A stretch of 64,000 bases of DNA. Source: an uncultured Gammaproteobacteria bacterium (GTDB lineage: Bacteria; Patescibacteriota; Patescibacteriia; Magasanikbacterales; UBA922). The DNA is taken from assembly GCA_964566225.1 (NCBI GenBank), contig CAZMHV010000002.1, positions 81,934-145,933 of the forward strand. The letters are read 5' to 3'. The notes beneath the pieces were generated by a model that was not told where the DNA came from, did no database searches, and saw only the letters and a list, made by a program, of their open reading frames with translations. The position numbers were made by a program, and so were the translations under genes. Shown here one piece after another: positions 18,387 to 28,686 of the stretch; position 1 is the stretch's first letter, and each line of letters starts with the position of its first letter.

Positions 18387-18743
18387 ATGTCAGAAGACAT
18401 CCGCATGAGTATTGCCCCTGGTATGATCGTGAAGGTCCATCAGAAAATTAAAGAAACTGATGCCAAGGGACAAGAAAAAGAACGTATTCAGATTTTTGAA
18501 GGAATGGTCCTTGCTACCAAGCATGGTCATGAAGTGGGCGCAACATTCACTGTTCGCAAAGTTTCAGACGGCGTTGGCGTGGAAAGAATTTTCCCAATCA
18601 ACTCCCCAGTGGTAGACAAAGTAGAACTCGTTCGCCAAATGCGCGTTCGCCGTTCAAAACTCTACTTCCTCCGCGATTACTCAAAGAAGCTCAAAGAAGT
18701 AAAGAAACCAAAGAAAGCAGTAAAGGCAGAAGTAACAGCGTAA
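18387..18743 (+). CDS. rplS: 50S ribosomal protein L19
   Basis: [38 protein letters not shown]. Confidence 0.96.
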   Translation: MSEDIRMSIAPGMIVKVHQKIKETDAKGQEKERIQIFEGMVLATKHGHEVGATFTVRKVSDGVGVERIFPINSPVVDKVELVRQMRVRRSKLYFLRDYSKKLKEVKKPKKAVKAEVTA

Positions 18744-18753
18744 TACAAATATT

Positions 18754-18784
18754 AAAAAAATCCCGTCGAAACGGGATTTTTTTT
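18754..18784. terminator. Bidirectional terminator between rplS and uvrA
   Basis: AAAAAAATCCCGT-CGAA-ACGGGATTTTTTT. Confidence 0.85.
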
Positions 18785-18792
18785 CATGTAAA

Positions 18793-21615
18793 CTACTTGA
18801 GCAAATCCTTCAAATACCCACCGGTCACACTCTTCTTATTTTTCATCACTTCTTTTGGATTTCCTTGTGCTACCAATTCTCCACCACGAATACCACCCTC
18901 TGGTCCAAGATCAATCACCCAGTCAGCACATTTAATGACATCAAGGTTGTGTTCAATGGTCAACACAGTGTTGCCTTTGTCAACAAGCTGGTTCATCACA
19001 TGCAGCAAACGTTTGATATCTTCAAAGTGCAAACCAGTGGTCGGTTCGTCGAGAATGTATAATGTATTTCCAGTTGAGCGGCGAGAAAGCTCTGTGGCCA
19101 GTTTAATACGTTGCGCTTCACCACCAGAAAGAGTGGTGGCTGCTTGACCCAGTTGCACATATCCAAGACCGACGTCACGAATCACACGAAGTTTATCTGC
19201 AATCGCAGGTACATCATTAAAGAATCGATACGCATCTTCCACCGTGAGTTTCAACACATCAGCAATGGTTTTGCCACGATAGTGAATTTCCAGTGCATCG
19301 CGATTGTAGCGATCTCCACGACATTCTCCACATTCCACAAACACGTCAGGCATAAATTGCATTTGAATCGTGCGGTACCCGTCTCCGGCACAGGCTTCAC
19401 ATCGTCCACCACCCTTTACATTGAAACTAAACATACCGGCATCATAGCCACGCATTTTGGCTTCTGGTACATTGGTGAACAAATCACGAATAGAAGTAAA
19501 TACACCGGTGTACGTCGCAGGGTTGCTACGAGGTGTGCGTCCAATTGGAGTTTGGTCAATAGTAATAACTTTATCAATATTGTTGATACCATTAATTTTT
19601 TTGTGTGCACCAGGTTCTTCTTTGGCGCGATAAAATTGTTTGGCCAAAGCTTTTCCAAGAATATCAATGATCAATGAAGATTTTCCTGAACCAGAAACAC
19701 CGGTGACCGATACAAACATTCCAAGTGGAATTTTCACATCCAAATTTTTTAAGTTGCAGGCCGTTGCACCAATAATTTCGATTGATTTACCATTGCCTTT
19801 ACGATAACTCTTTGGTACATCGATATCGTCTTTGCCTGCGAGGTAGCGTCCAGTAATTGATTTTTGATTTTTAATCAGTTGGGCAGGAGTTCCTTCACCA
19901 ATAATTTCTCCTCCATAAGCACCAGCACCAGGACCTACATCTACTACATAGTCAGCCGCTTCAATAATGGCACGGTCATGTTCTACCACAATTACTGTGT
20001 TGCCAATATCACGCAAATGCTGCATGGTATCAATAAGTTTTACTGTATCCTTGGTATGTAGTCCAATAGAAGGTTCGTCGAGAATATAAATAACGTCAGT
20101 AAGCCCAGTAGAGAGCTGTGTCGAAAGACGAACACGCTGTGCTTCACCACCAGAGAGTGTGGTCATAGAGCGATCAAGCGTTACGTAGGGGAGGCCTGCT
20201 TCAATCAAATATTTGAGACGCAGTCCAATTTCTTTCAAAATAGGTTCAGAAAGTACACGAACATTTTCTGGAAGTTGTTTGTACATGGAACCTTCTTCTT
20301 TTTTGTTTACAAAGAGTGGGAGCACTTCTTCAATAGTGAGTTCCACAATATCAGAAATTGAATATTCTCCGAGACGGATTGAAAGTGACTCTGCACGCAA
20401 ACGTTTTCCTTTACATACAGGACAAAGTGTTTCACGCATGTAGGCTTCAATTTCTTTGCGCACGTAGTCTGAGTCTGTCTCTGTATGTCGTTGTACCAAA
20501 TGCGGTACCACTCCTTCAAAATGAACTTGTTTGCCATCGATGGTATATTTTTGACCATCAGTACCATAGAGAATAATATCCATGGCTGCCTTGTTTAATT
20601 CTTGGACAGGAGTATGCAAAGAAAAATTATGGTGTTTACTTACTTCTTGAAGTACTTTTTGATAATACGCTTGGCTCCCTACAATACGAGTCCATGGTTG
20701 AATAGCACCTTCGGCCAGAGTCAAACGTGGGTTTGGAATCACGAGTTCTGGATCAACATCAAGTGTATACCCAAGACCAGTACATCGTTGACATGCACCA
20801 TAGGGACTGTTGAAACTAAAACTTTTTGGTTCAATACTGGTAAAGATTTTACCTGTTTTAGCAGAGTAGGCAACCGTAGAAACCAATTTTTCGTCTCCTG
20901 TTTCTTCGTCTACCATGAGCACAAATCCATTTGATAAGTCGAGTGTTTTTTCAACAATTTCATCAATATTTTTACTTCCTTTTTTACCATCATAAGTAAC
21001 AATACAAATTTCGTGTGTATCTTTATCGTCAAATAATCTGTCTGGAACATTTTGTAATTTCATGAGTACTCCGTCAATGCGTACGGTGTCATACCCAGAT
21101 TGTTCAATGAGGGTAAAAGCATCTTTCATTTTGACGGCACCCTGAATAGTAAGTGGTGCCAAAACAATGGTTCCTTTTTTCTTTTTAAATTCCTTACGGA
21201 GTTCTTCCATGATCTCACCTGGGGTATATGAACGGATCGCTTGGTTAGTTTCTGGATCAAATTGTGTCCCAAAACGAGAAAAAAGTATACGTAAATAATC
21301 GTATACTTCTGTTGCTGTGCCCACAGTAGAACGTGGGTTGTTGGTTTGGTTTTTTTGTTCAATCGCAATAGTAGGTGAGAGTCCTTTGATATCTTCAACA
21401 TCTGGTCTGTCTTGCACTTCCATAAATTGGCGTGCATAGGCTGACAAACTTTCGGCATATCGTCTTTGGCCTTCGGCATAAATAGTATCAAATGCCAAAG
21501 AAGATTTACCACTTCCCGAAAGACCAGTAATTACGGTGAGTTTATTTTTGGGAATATCGAGTGAAACGTTTTTGAGATTGTGAACTCGTGCGTTCACTAC
21601 AGAGATTTGTTTCAT
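18793..21615 (-). CDS. uvrA: Excinuclease ABC subunit A
   Basis: [23 protein letters not shown], two LSGGEAQR signatures, LDEP Walker B motifs, [13 protein letters not shown]. Confidence 0.96.
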   Translation of the reverse strand: MKQISVVNARVHNLKNVSLDIPKNKLTVITGLSGSGKSSLAFDTIYAEGQRRYAESLSAYARQFMEVQDRPDVEDIKGLSPTIAIEQKNQTNNPRSTVGTATEVYDYLRILFSRFGTQFDPETNQAIRSYTPGEIMEELRKEFKKKKGTIVLAPLTIQGAVKMKDAFTLIEQSGYDTVRIDGVLMKLQNVPDRLFDDKDTHEICIVTYDGKKGSKNIDEIVEKTLDLSNGFVLMVDEETGDEKLVSTVAYSAKTGKIFTSIEPKSFSFNSPYGACQRCTGLGYTLDVDPELVIPNPRLTLAEGAIQPWTRIVGSQAYYQKVLQEVSKHHNFSLHTPVQELNKAAMDIILYGTDGQKYTIDGKQVHFEGVVPHLVQRHTETDSDYVRKEIEAYMRETLCPVCKGKRLRAESLSIRLGEYSISDIVELTIEEVLPLFVNKKEEGSMYKQLPENVRVLSEPILKEIGLRLKYLIEAGLPYVTLDRSMTTLSGGEAQRVRLSTQLSTGLTDVIYILDEPSIGLHTKDTVKLIDTMQHLRDIGNTVIVVEHDRAIIEAADYVVDVGPGAGAYGGEIIGEGTPAQLIKNQKSITGRYLAGKDDIDVPKSYRKGNGKSIEIIGATACNLKNLDVKIPLGMFVSVTGVSGSGKSSLIIDILGKALAKQFYRAKEEPGAHKKINGINNIDKVITIDQTPIGRTPRSNPATYTGVFTSIRDLFTNVPEAKMRGYDAGMFSFNVKGGGRCEACAGDGYRTIQMQFMPDVFVECGECRGDRYNRDALEIHYRGKTIADVLKLTVEDAYRFFNDVPAIADKLRVIRDVGLGYVQLGQAATTLSGGEAQRIKLATELSRRSTGNTLYILDEPTTGLHFEDIKRLLHVMNQLVDKGNTVLTIEHNLDVIKCADWVIDLGPEGGIRGGELVAQGNPKEVMKNKKSVTGGYLKDLLK

Positions 21616-21671
21616 ATGCGCCAAATGATTGGTTGAAGATGAAGAATAAGAGACCTCAACTTTGGGAAAGA

Positions 21672-21700
21672 AGTATACCCCACAATCACGAAAAAGTCAA
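21672..21700 (-). promoter_or_regulatory. sigma70 promoter of uvrA
   Basis: Reverse strand TTGACT-17 nt-TATACT. Confidence 0.7.
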
Positions 21701-21702
21701 GG

Positions 21703-21740
21703 AAAAGACAAAGAACCCGTTTGGGGGTTCTTTGTCTTTT
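21703..21740 (-). terminator. Intrinsic terminator after the pilin-like gene
   Basis: AAAAGACAAAGAACCC-loop-GGGTTCTTTGTCTTTT, a long perfect stem. Confidence 0.8.
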
Positions 21741-21750
21741 GTCGTTTTAA

Positions 21751-23184
21751 CTATTGATACAAATTTTGATAATATTTTATTGACTCAGTACCTTCATCTC
21801 CATTATGTATTTGGCCTACATCAATATCTAGGATAAGACCATTCATAAGTTGTTCTGAAGTAATAAGAAATGAGTCAATTTTTGCCTTTGAAAGATTTTC
21901 TGAAATTGTTTTTTTATCGCCAATATCTACTGCCGTGCCATTTTTATATCCCAAAAAATGAGTTTCTACATTTGCTCTATGTGGAAATACTTCATGTACT
22001 CCTACTTCAAGCATAAATCCTTTGAGTCCACCACTATCTGCACAATTTGATTCTGCCTCAACGATTGCATTTTGAACGTTTGAAAGAGGTATAATATATC
22101 GTTGTTCTTTCTTTTGATTGTTACTTTGGAGTTCACTTTCTCTTGTGCTTGCAATTGTATTATAATAACTTTCGTCTACTTTGTTACAAACTCTGTCAAG
22201 TTCTATCGCTTGTTTTGTGCCCCCATACCCATCGACAATCCAACCTTCTGTTTCAATTACCCAGCCACTTTCCCATGTCCAGGTACCAAGAAGTGAGCCT
22301 ATTCCAGCTAGGTGATCTTGAGGATTACTATTATAAATTTTCCCAGCAATTACTCCAGGTTTACACTCACCTGCTGTTGTATCACATACCTGTCCTTTGC
22401 CATATCCACAAGAAGTTCCGAGACAACTGAGTCCCATTTGATCTTGTACAAAATATGACTTATTGCATTCTGCATCTTTGGATTCTTTGTCAAATACTGC
22501 CTGGCCATATTTTTCGTCACGAACTTTATCAACTACTGGGTTACTATGTGCAACATCTTCTATAAACATGGCAAGTTTTTTTTCTTTTATGGACTCTTTG
22601 GTACAGTATTTTCCAATTTCTTCAATAGTATTGATCATCCAAATAGAGGGGAGTCGAAAATTTACCAAATTTGGGTTTACGAAGTACAAAACACTATAGG
22701 AGAGTATAGCAACCGTGAGTCCCATCAGTGCCCCACTAATTCGTTTTTTGGCTCCTTCAATAATACTTGAATTTCCACCAGAGACAGACCATTGAAAACC
22801 TGCCAAAATAATCATGAGTACAGAAATAATACCTGCCGCCATAATAGAGTAGCGGTACATGTAGCGTATAAAGTCACCCACGTCAGAAAATTTTCTTTTG
22901 CCTCCAAACGAAATTTTGGTTTCTGTTGATCCTACGGGCAAACAAAAGCCAACTTCGACTGGTTTTCCATTGAGATCTGTTTTTGTTTTGCCACAGGCTT
23001 TGAGGGTTTCTCCATTTTGCACAAAACCATCTTCTGGACGTTGATCTTGAAAGTGCATGGTATTTGATCTTTTTTCAATACATTTTGGTTTTTCCCAACA
23101 ACGTTGGTCAAGTGCAAACGTTGGGGTTGGAAAAATAAGCACACCCAAAGTCAAAACAGTTCCGAGGAAAAGAATTTTTTTCAT
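21751..23184 (-). CDS. Exported Cys-rich protein with a TrbC/VirB2-like (T4SS-pilin) two-helix module
   Basis: Signal peptide; IISVLMIILAGFQWSVSGGN...AKKRISGALMGLTVAILSYSVLYFVNPNL pilin-like pattern; many paired Cys. Confidence 0.7.
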   Translation of the reverse strand: MKKILFLGTVLTLGVLIFPTPTFALDQRCWEKPKCIEKRSNTMHFQDQRPEDGFVQNGETLKACGKTKTDLNGKPVEVGFCLPVGSTETKISFGGKRKFSDVGDFIRYMYRYSIMAAGIISVLMIILAGFQWSVSGGNSSIIEGAKKRISGALMGLTVAILSYSVLYFVNPNLVNFRLPSIWMINTIEEIGKYCTKESIKEKKLAMFIEDVAHSNPVVDKVRDEKYGQAVFDKESKDAECNKSYFVQDQMGLSCLGTSCGYGKGQVCDTTAGECKPGVIAGKIYNSNPQDHLAGIGSLLGTWTWESGWVIETEGWIVDGYGGTKQAIELDRVCNKVDESYYNTIASTRESELQSNNQKKEQRYIIPLSNVQNAIVEAESNCADSGGLKGFMLEVGVHEVFPHRANVETHFLGYKNGTAVDIGDKKTISENLSKAKIDSFLITSEQLMNGLILDIDVGQIHNGDEGTESIKYYQNLYQ

Positions 23185-23201
23185 ACGATTCAAACATCAA
23201 A

Positions 23202-23966
23202 TTATTTTTTGGGGAGTGCATTTACTATGACTCGTTCCCAAAGTTGTGTATCAATGACTCCTTCAAATTTTTTATCTCCAACAACAAATGTTGGTGTTCC
23301 GCGTACGCCAACATCTGCACCATCTTGCATATCTTCTTGGATATCGTTCAAGTATTTTTCATTTTGAATACAGGTTTGAAATTTTTGTGTATCAAGTCCA
23401 AGTATGGCGCCATTGGAGAGCAGTGATTCTGTATCAAGTATTTTTTTGGTAAATAAAATATCATAATAAGGCCAAAATTTTCCTTGTTCTTGGGCACAGG
23501 CTGCAGCATTGGCAGCCCCAAGAGCATTGGGGTGAAGGGATCCAAGAGGAAAGTGCTTGAAAATTACTTGAATAACATCCCCATATTGTTCCTGCATTTG
23601 TTTAAAAATAGGGTAGGACTGTTGACTGTAAGGGCACTCAAAGTCAATAAATGCAATAATTTTAACCGGTGCATCTGTTCGTCCCAAAGTTGGATTATGT
23701 TTACGGATAAGTTTTTGAGCTTCAATTTTACTTGATGCCCCACGTCTTTTGAGAGCTTGTTCTGGGGAAAGGGTAAAGGAAGGGTTCACTTTTTCACTTA
23801 GGGCTTGTTTTTGGGATTCTGTGCCATAGCGTATGGTCCATACTGCGCTTATAAGCTTTACAACAAACAAAAGTACAAAAAGAATCACTAAAATAAGCAA
23901 AATAATGACAAAAGATTTTTTGCCACGAGATCCTTGCGGAGTGTGCAATATAAAGTCGTCAGGCAT
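23202..23966 (-). CDS. Membrane-anchored DsbA-family thioredoxin-fold protein (CxxS)
   Basis: TM helix; DAPVKIIAFIDFECPYS, FKHFPL, QGKFW, GVRGTPTF. Confidence 0.85.
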   Translation of the reverse strand: MPDDFILHTPQGSRGKKSFVIILLILVILFVLLFVVKLISAVWTIRYGTESQKQALSEKVNPSFTLSPEQALKRRGASSKIEAQKLIRKHNPTLGRTDAPVKIIAFIDFECPYSQQSYPIFKQMQEQYGDVIQVIFKHFPLGSLHPNALGAANAAACAQEQGKFWPYYDILFTKKILDTESLLSNGAILGLDTQKFQTCIQNEKYLNDIQEDMQDGADVGVRGTPTFVVGDKKFEGVIDTQLWERVIVNALPKK

Positions 23967-24037
23967 TTGAGGTGGGTTTGGTCTGTTTTGGTTATTCTGG
24001 CCTTTAGTATAGCATATTTTTATAAATTCGTGAAAGC

Positions 24038-24066
24038 TTGACATTTTTCTGTTTCTATATTATAAT
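24038..24066 (+). promoter_or_regulatory. Consensus sigma70 promoter of rpsB-tsf
   Basis: Perfect TTGACA-17 nt-TATAAT. Confidence 0.85.
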
Positions 24067-24100
24067 TTCGCCATTATTTATCCCTCATTTTTCACATCTA

Positions 24101-24142
24101 TTCCTCTGCCTGACCACTCGGGCGGCCGTGAAAAAGAGGTAA
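24101..24142 (+). promoter_or_regulatory. Structured rpsB 5' leader (candidate S2 autoregulatory element)
   Basis: GC-rich nested pairing CCTCT/AGAGG enclosing GCCTGA/TCGGGC in an AT-rich UTR. Confidence 0.45.
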
Positions 24143-24156
24143 AAGGAATAAAATAT

Positions 24157-24870
24157 ATGAATATACCAAGTCTCGAAGAGATGCTCAAGGCTGGTGCCCA
24201 CTTTGGACACAAAAAGTCACGTTGGCATCCAAAAATGGAACAATACATTTTTGGTGACCGCCATGGCATTCACATCCTCAATTTGGAGGAAACCCAAAAA
24301 CAACTTGAAACCGTACTCGGACAAGTAAAACAAATGGCAAAAGAAGGCAAAACTATTTTGTTTGTGTCTACCAAGCCTCAAGCTCGTGAAATCGTGAAAG
24401 CAGCCGCACTTGATTGTGATGCGCCATATCTCACTGATCGTTGGCTCGGCGGAATGCTTACCAACTTTACTGAAATGAAACGCCTGATCAAAAAGTATCT
24501 TCGTCTCAAAGAAGAACAAGCAACTGGCGAACTTGAAAAATATACCAAAAAAGAACGTTTGGAAATTGGTAAAGAAATTGAAAAAATGGATGGTTATCTT
24601 GGCGGTCTCGGCTCACTTGAAAAAATGCCAGACGCACTCTTTTTGCCTTCTGTTCAACAAGAAAAAACAGCCATGAAAGAAGCTCGTGCTATGGAAGTAC
24701 CAGTGATTGGTGTTTGTGATAGTAATGCCAACCCACGTTTTGTAGAATACGTTATTCCTGCAAACGACGATGCTGTAAAATCAATTACGCTCATTGTAAA
24801 CCTCATGTCTGCTGCTATTAAAGAAGGTAAAGCAGAACGTGAAAAAGAAGCAAAAGAAGCTGGAAAATAA
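24157..24870 (+). CDS. rpsB: 30S ribosomal protein S2
   Basis: AGAHFGH, WHPKM, RWLGGMLTNF, IPANDDA. Confidence 0.97.
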   Translation: MNIPSLEEMLKAGAHFGHKKSRWHPKMEQYIFGDRHGIHILNLEETQKQLETVLGQVKQMAKEGKTILFVSTKPQAREIVKAAALDCDAPYLTDRWLGGMLTNFTEMKRLIKKYLRLKEEQATGELEKYTKKERLEIGKEIEKMDGYLGGLGSLEKMPDALFLPSVQQEKTAMKEARAMEVPVIGVCDSNANPRFVEYVIPANDDAVKSITLIVNLMSAAIKEGKAEREKEAKEAGK

Positions 24871-24998
24871 AATTTTTGAAAAGCGAGAAGTGAAATGCAT
24901 GCATGTGGTTGAATCGATTGTATTTTCGTTCTCACTTCTGCATAAAAACTTCTCGTTTTTTTATTCAATCTTTTAACTTACCACTAATTTTAAATTGT

Positions 24999-25649
24999 AT
25001 GGCAATTACTGCTCAAGATATTGCAAAACTTCGCGCTCAAACTGGCTGTGGCATGATGGACTGTAAAAAGGCACTTGAAGAAGCCAATGGAAATATGGAT
25101 GCTGCGGTGGATTTGCTCCGTACCAAAGGAATGATGAAAGCTGCTAAACGCGCAGACAAAGTAGCCGCCGAAGGAACGGTAATCAGTTATATTCATGGTG
25201 GTGGAAAAGTTGGTGTACTCGTAGAAGTAAACTGTGAAACTGACTTTGTGGCCAAGACTGATGGATTCAAAGCACTTGCTACCGATATTGCACTCCACAT
25301 TGCTGGAATCGCTCCAAAGTATGTATCACGTGACGAAGTTCCTGCAGACATGGTAGAACACGAAAAAGGAATTTACCGTGAACAACTCATGGCCGAAGGA
25401 AAACCTGCAGAAATTGTAGAAAAAATTCTCACTGGAAAAATCGACAAATATTTTAGTGAAATTTGTTTGCTCGAACAACCATTTATCAAGGACGAAGAAA
25501 AAACTATCCAACAACTTCTTACTGAAAAGACTGCAGAAACTGGAGAAAAAATGTCTGTTCGACGTTTTGTCCGTTTTGCACTCGGTGAAGGAATTGAAAA
25601 GAAAGAAGTTGACTTTGTGGCTGAGGTGAATGCACAAGCGGGGATGTAA
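24999..25649 (+). CDS. tsf: Elongation factor Ts (short type)
   Basis: LRAQTGCGMMDCKKAL, EVNCETDFVA, LLEQPFIKD, RRFVRF.LGEG. Confidence 0.96.
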   Translation: MAITAQDIAKLRAQTGCGMMDCKKALEEANGNMDAAVDLLRTKGMMKAAKRADKVAAEGTVISYIHGGGKVGVLVEVNCETDFVAKTDGFKALATDIALHIAGIAPKYVSRDEVPADMVEHEKGIYREQLMAEGKPAEIVEKILTGKIDKYFSEICLLEQPFIKDEEKTIQQLLTEKTAETGEKMSVRRFVRFALGEGIEKKEVDFVAEVNAQAGM

Positions 25650-25663
25650 TTTTGTATAAAAAG

Positions 25664-25693
25664 AAAGAGACCTTTGAAAAGGGTCTCTTTTTT
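25664..25693 (+). terminator. Intrinsic terminator after tsf
   Basis: AAAGAGACCTTT-GA-AAAGGGTCTCTTT followed by T residues. Confidence 0.75.
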
Positions 25694-25722
25694 GCTATAC
25701 TCTTTCTAGAAATAATATTTTT

Positions 25723-26010
25723 ATGAATCGAATTGCCTTTTCTCTGCTTTTTATTCTTGGGATTTCTCTCCCAAATTTTGTGTTTGCAACAGCGGGTCCA
25801 ATGTGGCCGCTGCCTCTTCAGTTTTTGGTGTTGATGGTTTCATTTTCACTCCTTTTTTTACCATTTGCTGGGATTTGCTTTTTTCTTGCATATTTTTTTG
25901 AAAAAAAGAAAAAATCAAAAAATGTAAAGATGATGTTTTTCCTGTTAGGAGTATTTTTTTCTATTCTCACAATTTTTTTTACTATAAAGAATACATTTTT
26001 TTATAAATAA
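25723..26010 (+). CDS. Small hydrophobic membrane protein
   Basis: 95 aa with 3 hydrophobic segments. Confidence 0.5.
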   Translation: MNRIAFSLLFILGISLPNFVFATAGPMWPLPLQFLVLMVSFSLLFLPFAGICFFLAYFFEKKKKSKNVKMMFFLLGVFFSILTIFFTIKNTFFYK

Positions 26011-26020
26011 TTCATTCTGT

Positions 26021-27025
26021 ATGCCCGCAAAAATTAAAGTTGCCATTAACGGTTTTGGTCGCATTGGACGCCATGCGTTTAAAGTCATGTCAAAAAAGAA
26101 AAATATGGAAGTGGTCGCGGTCAATGATTTGACGGATACCCGAACTTTGGCACATCTTTTAAAATACGATACTGCCTACCCAGACTTTGAAGCAAAAGTT
26201 TCTTTTGATGAAAAAAATATTATTGTCGCTGGGAAAAAGATTGTGGTGTGCGCAGAAAAAGATCCAGCCATGCTGCCTTGGAAAAAACTTGATATTGATG
26301 TCGTGATTGAATCAACCGGAAGATTTACTGATGCCGAAGCTGCCAAAGCGCATATTAAAGCTGGTGCCAAAAAAGTAGTTATTTCTGCTCCAGGAAAAGG
26401 GGATTTAAAAACATTTGTGCGTGGAGTGAATGACAGTGAGTATAAAGGTGAACAGGTGATTGACAATGCTTCTTGCACGACAAACTGTGCGGCGCCAATG
26501 ATGTTGGTACTTGAAAAAGAATTTGGTATTGAAAAAGCTATGCTTACCACCGTGCATTCATATACTGCATCACAAGTGTTGCAAGATGGCCCTTCCAAGG
26601 ATTTGCGTGAGGCGCGAGCAGCCGCTGCAAATATGGTGCCAACCAAAACGGGTGCGGCTGTTGCGGTTACAAGAACTATTCCACAGCTTGCTGGAAAGTT
26701 TGATGGGCTCTCGGTGCGTGTGCCAACCATTACGGTTTCACTTACTGACCTTACGGTACTTGTGAAAAAGACAGTGACAGTTGAGCAGCTCAATAAAGCA
26801 TATATCAAAGCATCAAAAACGTATTTGAAAGATATTTTGGGAGTTTCTGCCGAGCCATTGGTTTCGAGTGATTACATTGGAAATAAAAATTCTGTGACGA
26901 TTGATCTCGAGCTCACACGTGTTGTTGATGGAAATTTAGTGAAAGTGGTTGGCTGGTATGACAACGAATGGGGATATGCAAATCGTTTGGTGGAGATGGT
27001 TGAGGTGGTTACGAAAAAGAAATAA
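26021..27025 (+). CDS. gap: Glyceraldehyde-3-phosphate dehydrogenase type I
   Basis: INGFGRIGR, NASCTTNC, RVPT, WYDNEWGY. Confidence 0.97.
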   Translation: MPAKIKVAINGFGRIGRHAFKVMSKKKNMEVVAVNDLTDTRTLAHLLKYDTAYPDFEAKVSFDEKNIIVAGKKIVVCAEKDPAMLPWKKLDIDVVIESTGRFTDAEAAKAHIKAGAKKVVISAPGKGDLKTFVRGVNDSEYKGEQVIDNASCTTNCAAPMMLVLEKEFGIEKAMLTTVHSYTASQVLQDGPSKDLREARAAAANMVPTKTGAAVAVTRTIPQLAGKFDGLSVRVPTITVSLTDLTVLVKKTVTVEQLNKAYIKASKTYLKDILGVSAEPLVSSDYIGNKNSVTIDLELTRVVDGNLVKVVGWYDNEWGYANRLVEMVEVVTKKK

Positions 27026-27030
27026 AAAAA

Positions 27031-27054
27031 TCAGAGAGTCTTGTGACTCTCTGA
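27031..27054 (-). terminator. Hairpin terminator for the minus-strand orphan (also follows gap)
   Basis: TCAGAGAGTC-TTGT-GACTCTCTGA preceded by an A-run, which is a T-run on the minus strand. Confidence 0.65.
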
Positions 27055-27074
27055 ACAAAAGATTGAGGACGGCA

Positions 27075-27377
27075 CTACACTATGATCCCCAAATCATCGT
27101 GTGGTGCCTGTACCTTGATGGGCACGGGGTGAGCGTGAATGATGAAGCCGCCAATGGCGGCAACGAGTGCTGTGATAGCGAGGAACGCCAAGAACGACTT
27201 GATTGCTCGCGGCCATGGCATCTCTGTGGCCATGAGTGTCAGAGCAAAGGTGATCAGTCCTGATGGTGGAGACTCATAGCTATTGGTATAGACGTTCATG
27301 GTCAGAATGACCACATATCCTGACGTCAGAGCCAGGACCGCCGCAACCAAGATGCCGGTCACAAAATCATTTTTCAT
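27075..27377 (-). CDS. Orphan 3-TM membrane protein, GC-richer than its flanks
   Basis: MKNDFVTGILVAAVLALT...; GAAGGG upstream; own terminator. Confidence 0.6.
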   Translation of the reverse strand: MKNDFVTGILVAAVLALTSGYVVILTMNVYTNSYESPPSGLITFALTLMATEMPWPRAIKSFLAFLAITALVAAIGGFIIHAHPVPIKVQAPHDDLGIIV

Positions 27378-27463
27378 CAAAATGGTTCCCTTCAAAGTTG
27401 GTCACTATTAACTCATATAATACTAAAAAAGTCAATGGCATATTCTCTTTTTTTCATCTTTTT

Positions 27464-28657
27464 ATGGTAATTTCTTCTTTGAAACAATTAAAAAATATAA
27501 AAGGAAAAAGAGTACTGGTCCGCGTAGATTTTAACGTTCCACTCAAAAATAAAAAAATTACTGATAATTCTCGCATCAAATCAAGTGGTCTGACTTTAAA
27601 CTACCTTCGAAAAATGGGTGCCAAAGTTATTGTCGTCACTCATTTGGGGAGGCCTGAGGGAAAGGTTGTTCCAGAGTTTTCTCTCAAACCTCTTGTCAAA
27701 GAGCTCTCAAAAATTTTGACTGGTATGAAAGAAAAACCAATCAAAATCAAACTCGTTGAATTGAATACAAAAACATCTGGAGTTGTTGAAAAAATGAAAG
27801 CAGGAGATATGGTCATGCTCGAAAATATTCGCTTTCATCAGGGTGAAGAAAAAAATGATCCTGCCTTTGCCAAAGAGCTTGCCTCACTGGCTGACCTATT
27901 TGTGCTTGATGGCTTTGCTGTAGCACATCGCAGTGCTGCCTCTGTCTCTGGTGTTGCCCGCTACCTTCCTGCATATGCCGGATTTTTGCTCTCACAAGAA
28001 ATTAATCAGCTTGACAAACTTCTTGATAAACCCAAAAAACCTTTTGTGGCTATTATTGGTGGAGCCAAAATTGAAACCAAACTTCCTGTGGTAAAAAATA
28101 TTTTAAAAAAGGCAAGTACGGTTCTTTTGGGAGGTGCCATTGTCAATACCTATTGGCAAACCAAAGGATATGGTGTTGGAAGTTCTCTTGTTGACCAAGG
28201 GGTTGAAAAAAAATCATTGACTGCACTCACCCAAAAACAAGTTATTCTTCCGCTTGACGTTATTGTTGGAGACATTCTTGGAAAAAAAATTCGTGTTGTC
28301 GATATACAAAAAAAGCCCCACGCCATTTGTTCTGCCGGAGAAGCAATTTTGGATATTGGACCTGCAACGGTTGAATTGTTTACCAAATATATTACAAAGG
28401 CCAAGACGGTTGTGTGGAACGGTGCTATGGGATACTTTGAAGTGTCTGCTTTTGCTACAGGAACTTTTGAAGTGGCACGAGCGGTGGCGGGTCAAAGACG
28501 TCTGTTTACTCTCGTTGGTGGGGGTGAAACACTGCTTGTCATGGATACACTCAAACAACCCTCTCAAAATTATATTACTTCTACTGGTGGGGGAGCTATG
28601 CTCGAATATTTGTCTGGAGTCAAACTTCCTGGTGTTGTTGTGTGTCAAAAAAAATAA
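27464..28657 (+). CDS. pgk: Phosphoglycerate kinase
   Basis: RVDFNVP, HLGRP, LENIRF, GGAKI, DIGP, GGGET, STGGGAMLEYL.G. Confidence 0.95.
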   Translation: MVISSLKQLKNIKGKRVLVRVDFNVPLKNKKITDNSRIKSSGLTLNYLRKMGAKVIVVTHLGRPEGKVVPEFSLKPLVKELSKILTGMKEKPIKIKLVELNTKTSGVVEKMKAGDMVMLENIRFHQGEEKNDPAFAKELASLADLFVLDGFAVAHRSAASVSGVARYLPAYAGFLLSQEINQLDKLLDKPKKPFVAIIGGAKIETKLPVVKNILKKASTVLLGGAIVNTYWQTKGYGVGSSLVDQGVEKKSLTALTQKQVILPLDVIVGDILGKKIRVVDIQKKPHAICSAGEAILDIGPATVELFTKYITKAKTVVWNGAMGYFEVSAFATGTFEVARAVAGQRRLFTLVGGGETLLVMDTLKQPSQNYITSTGGGAMLEYLSGVKLPGVVVCQKK

Positions 28658-28686
28658 AAAGTGTTATACTACACTTATGTCATGAC

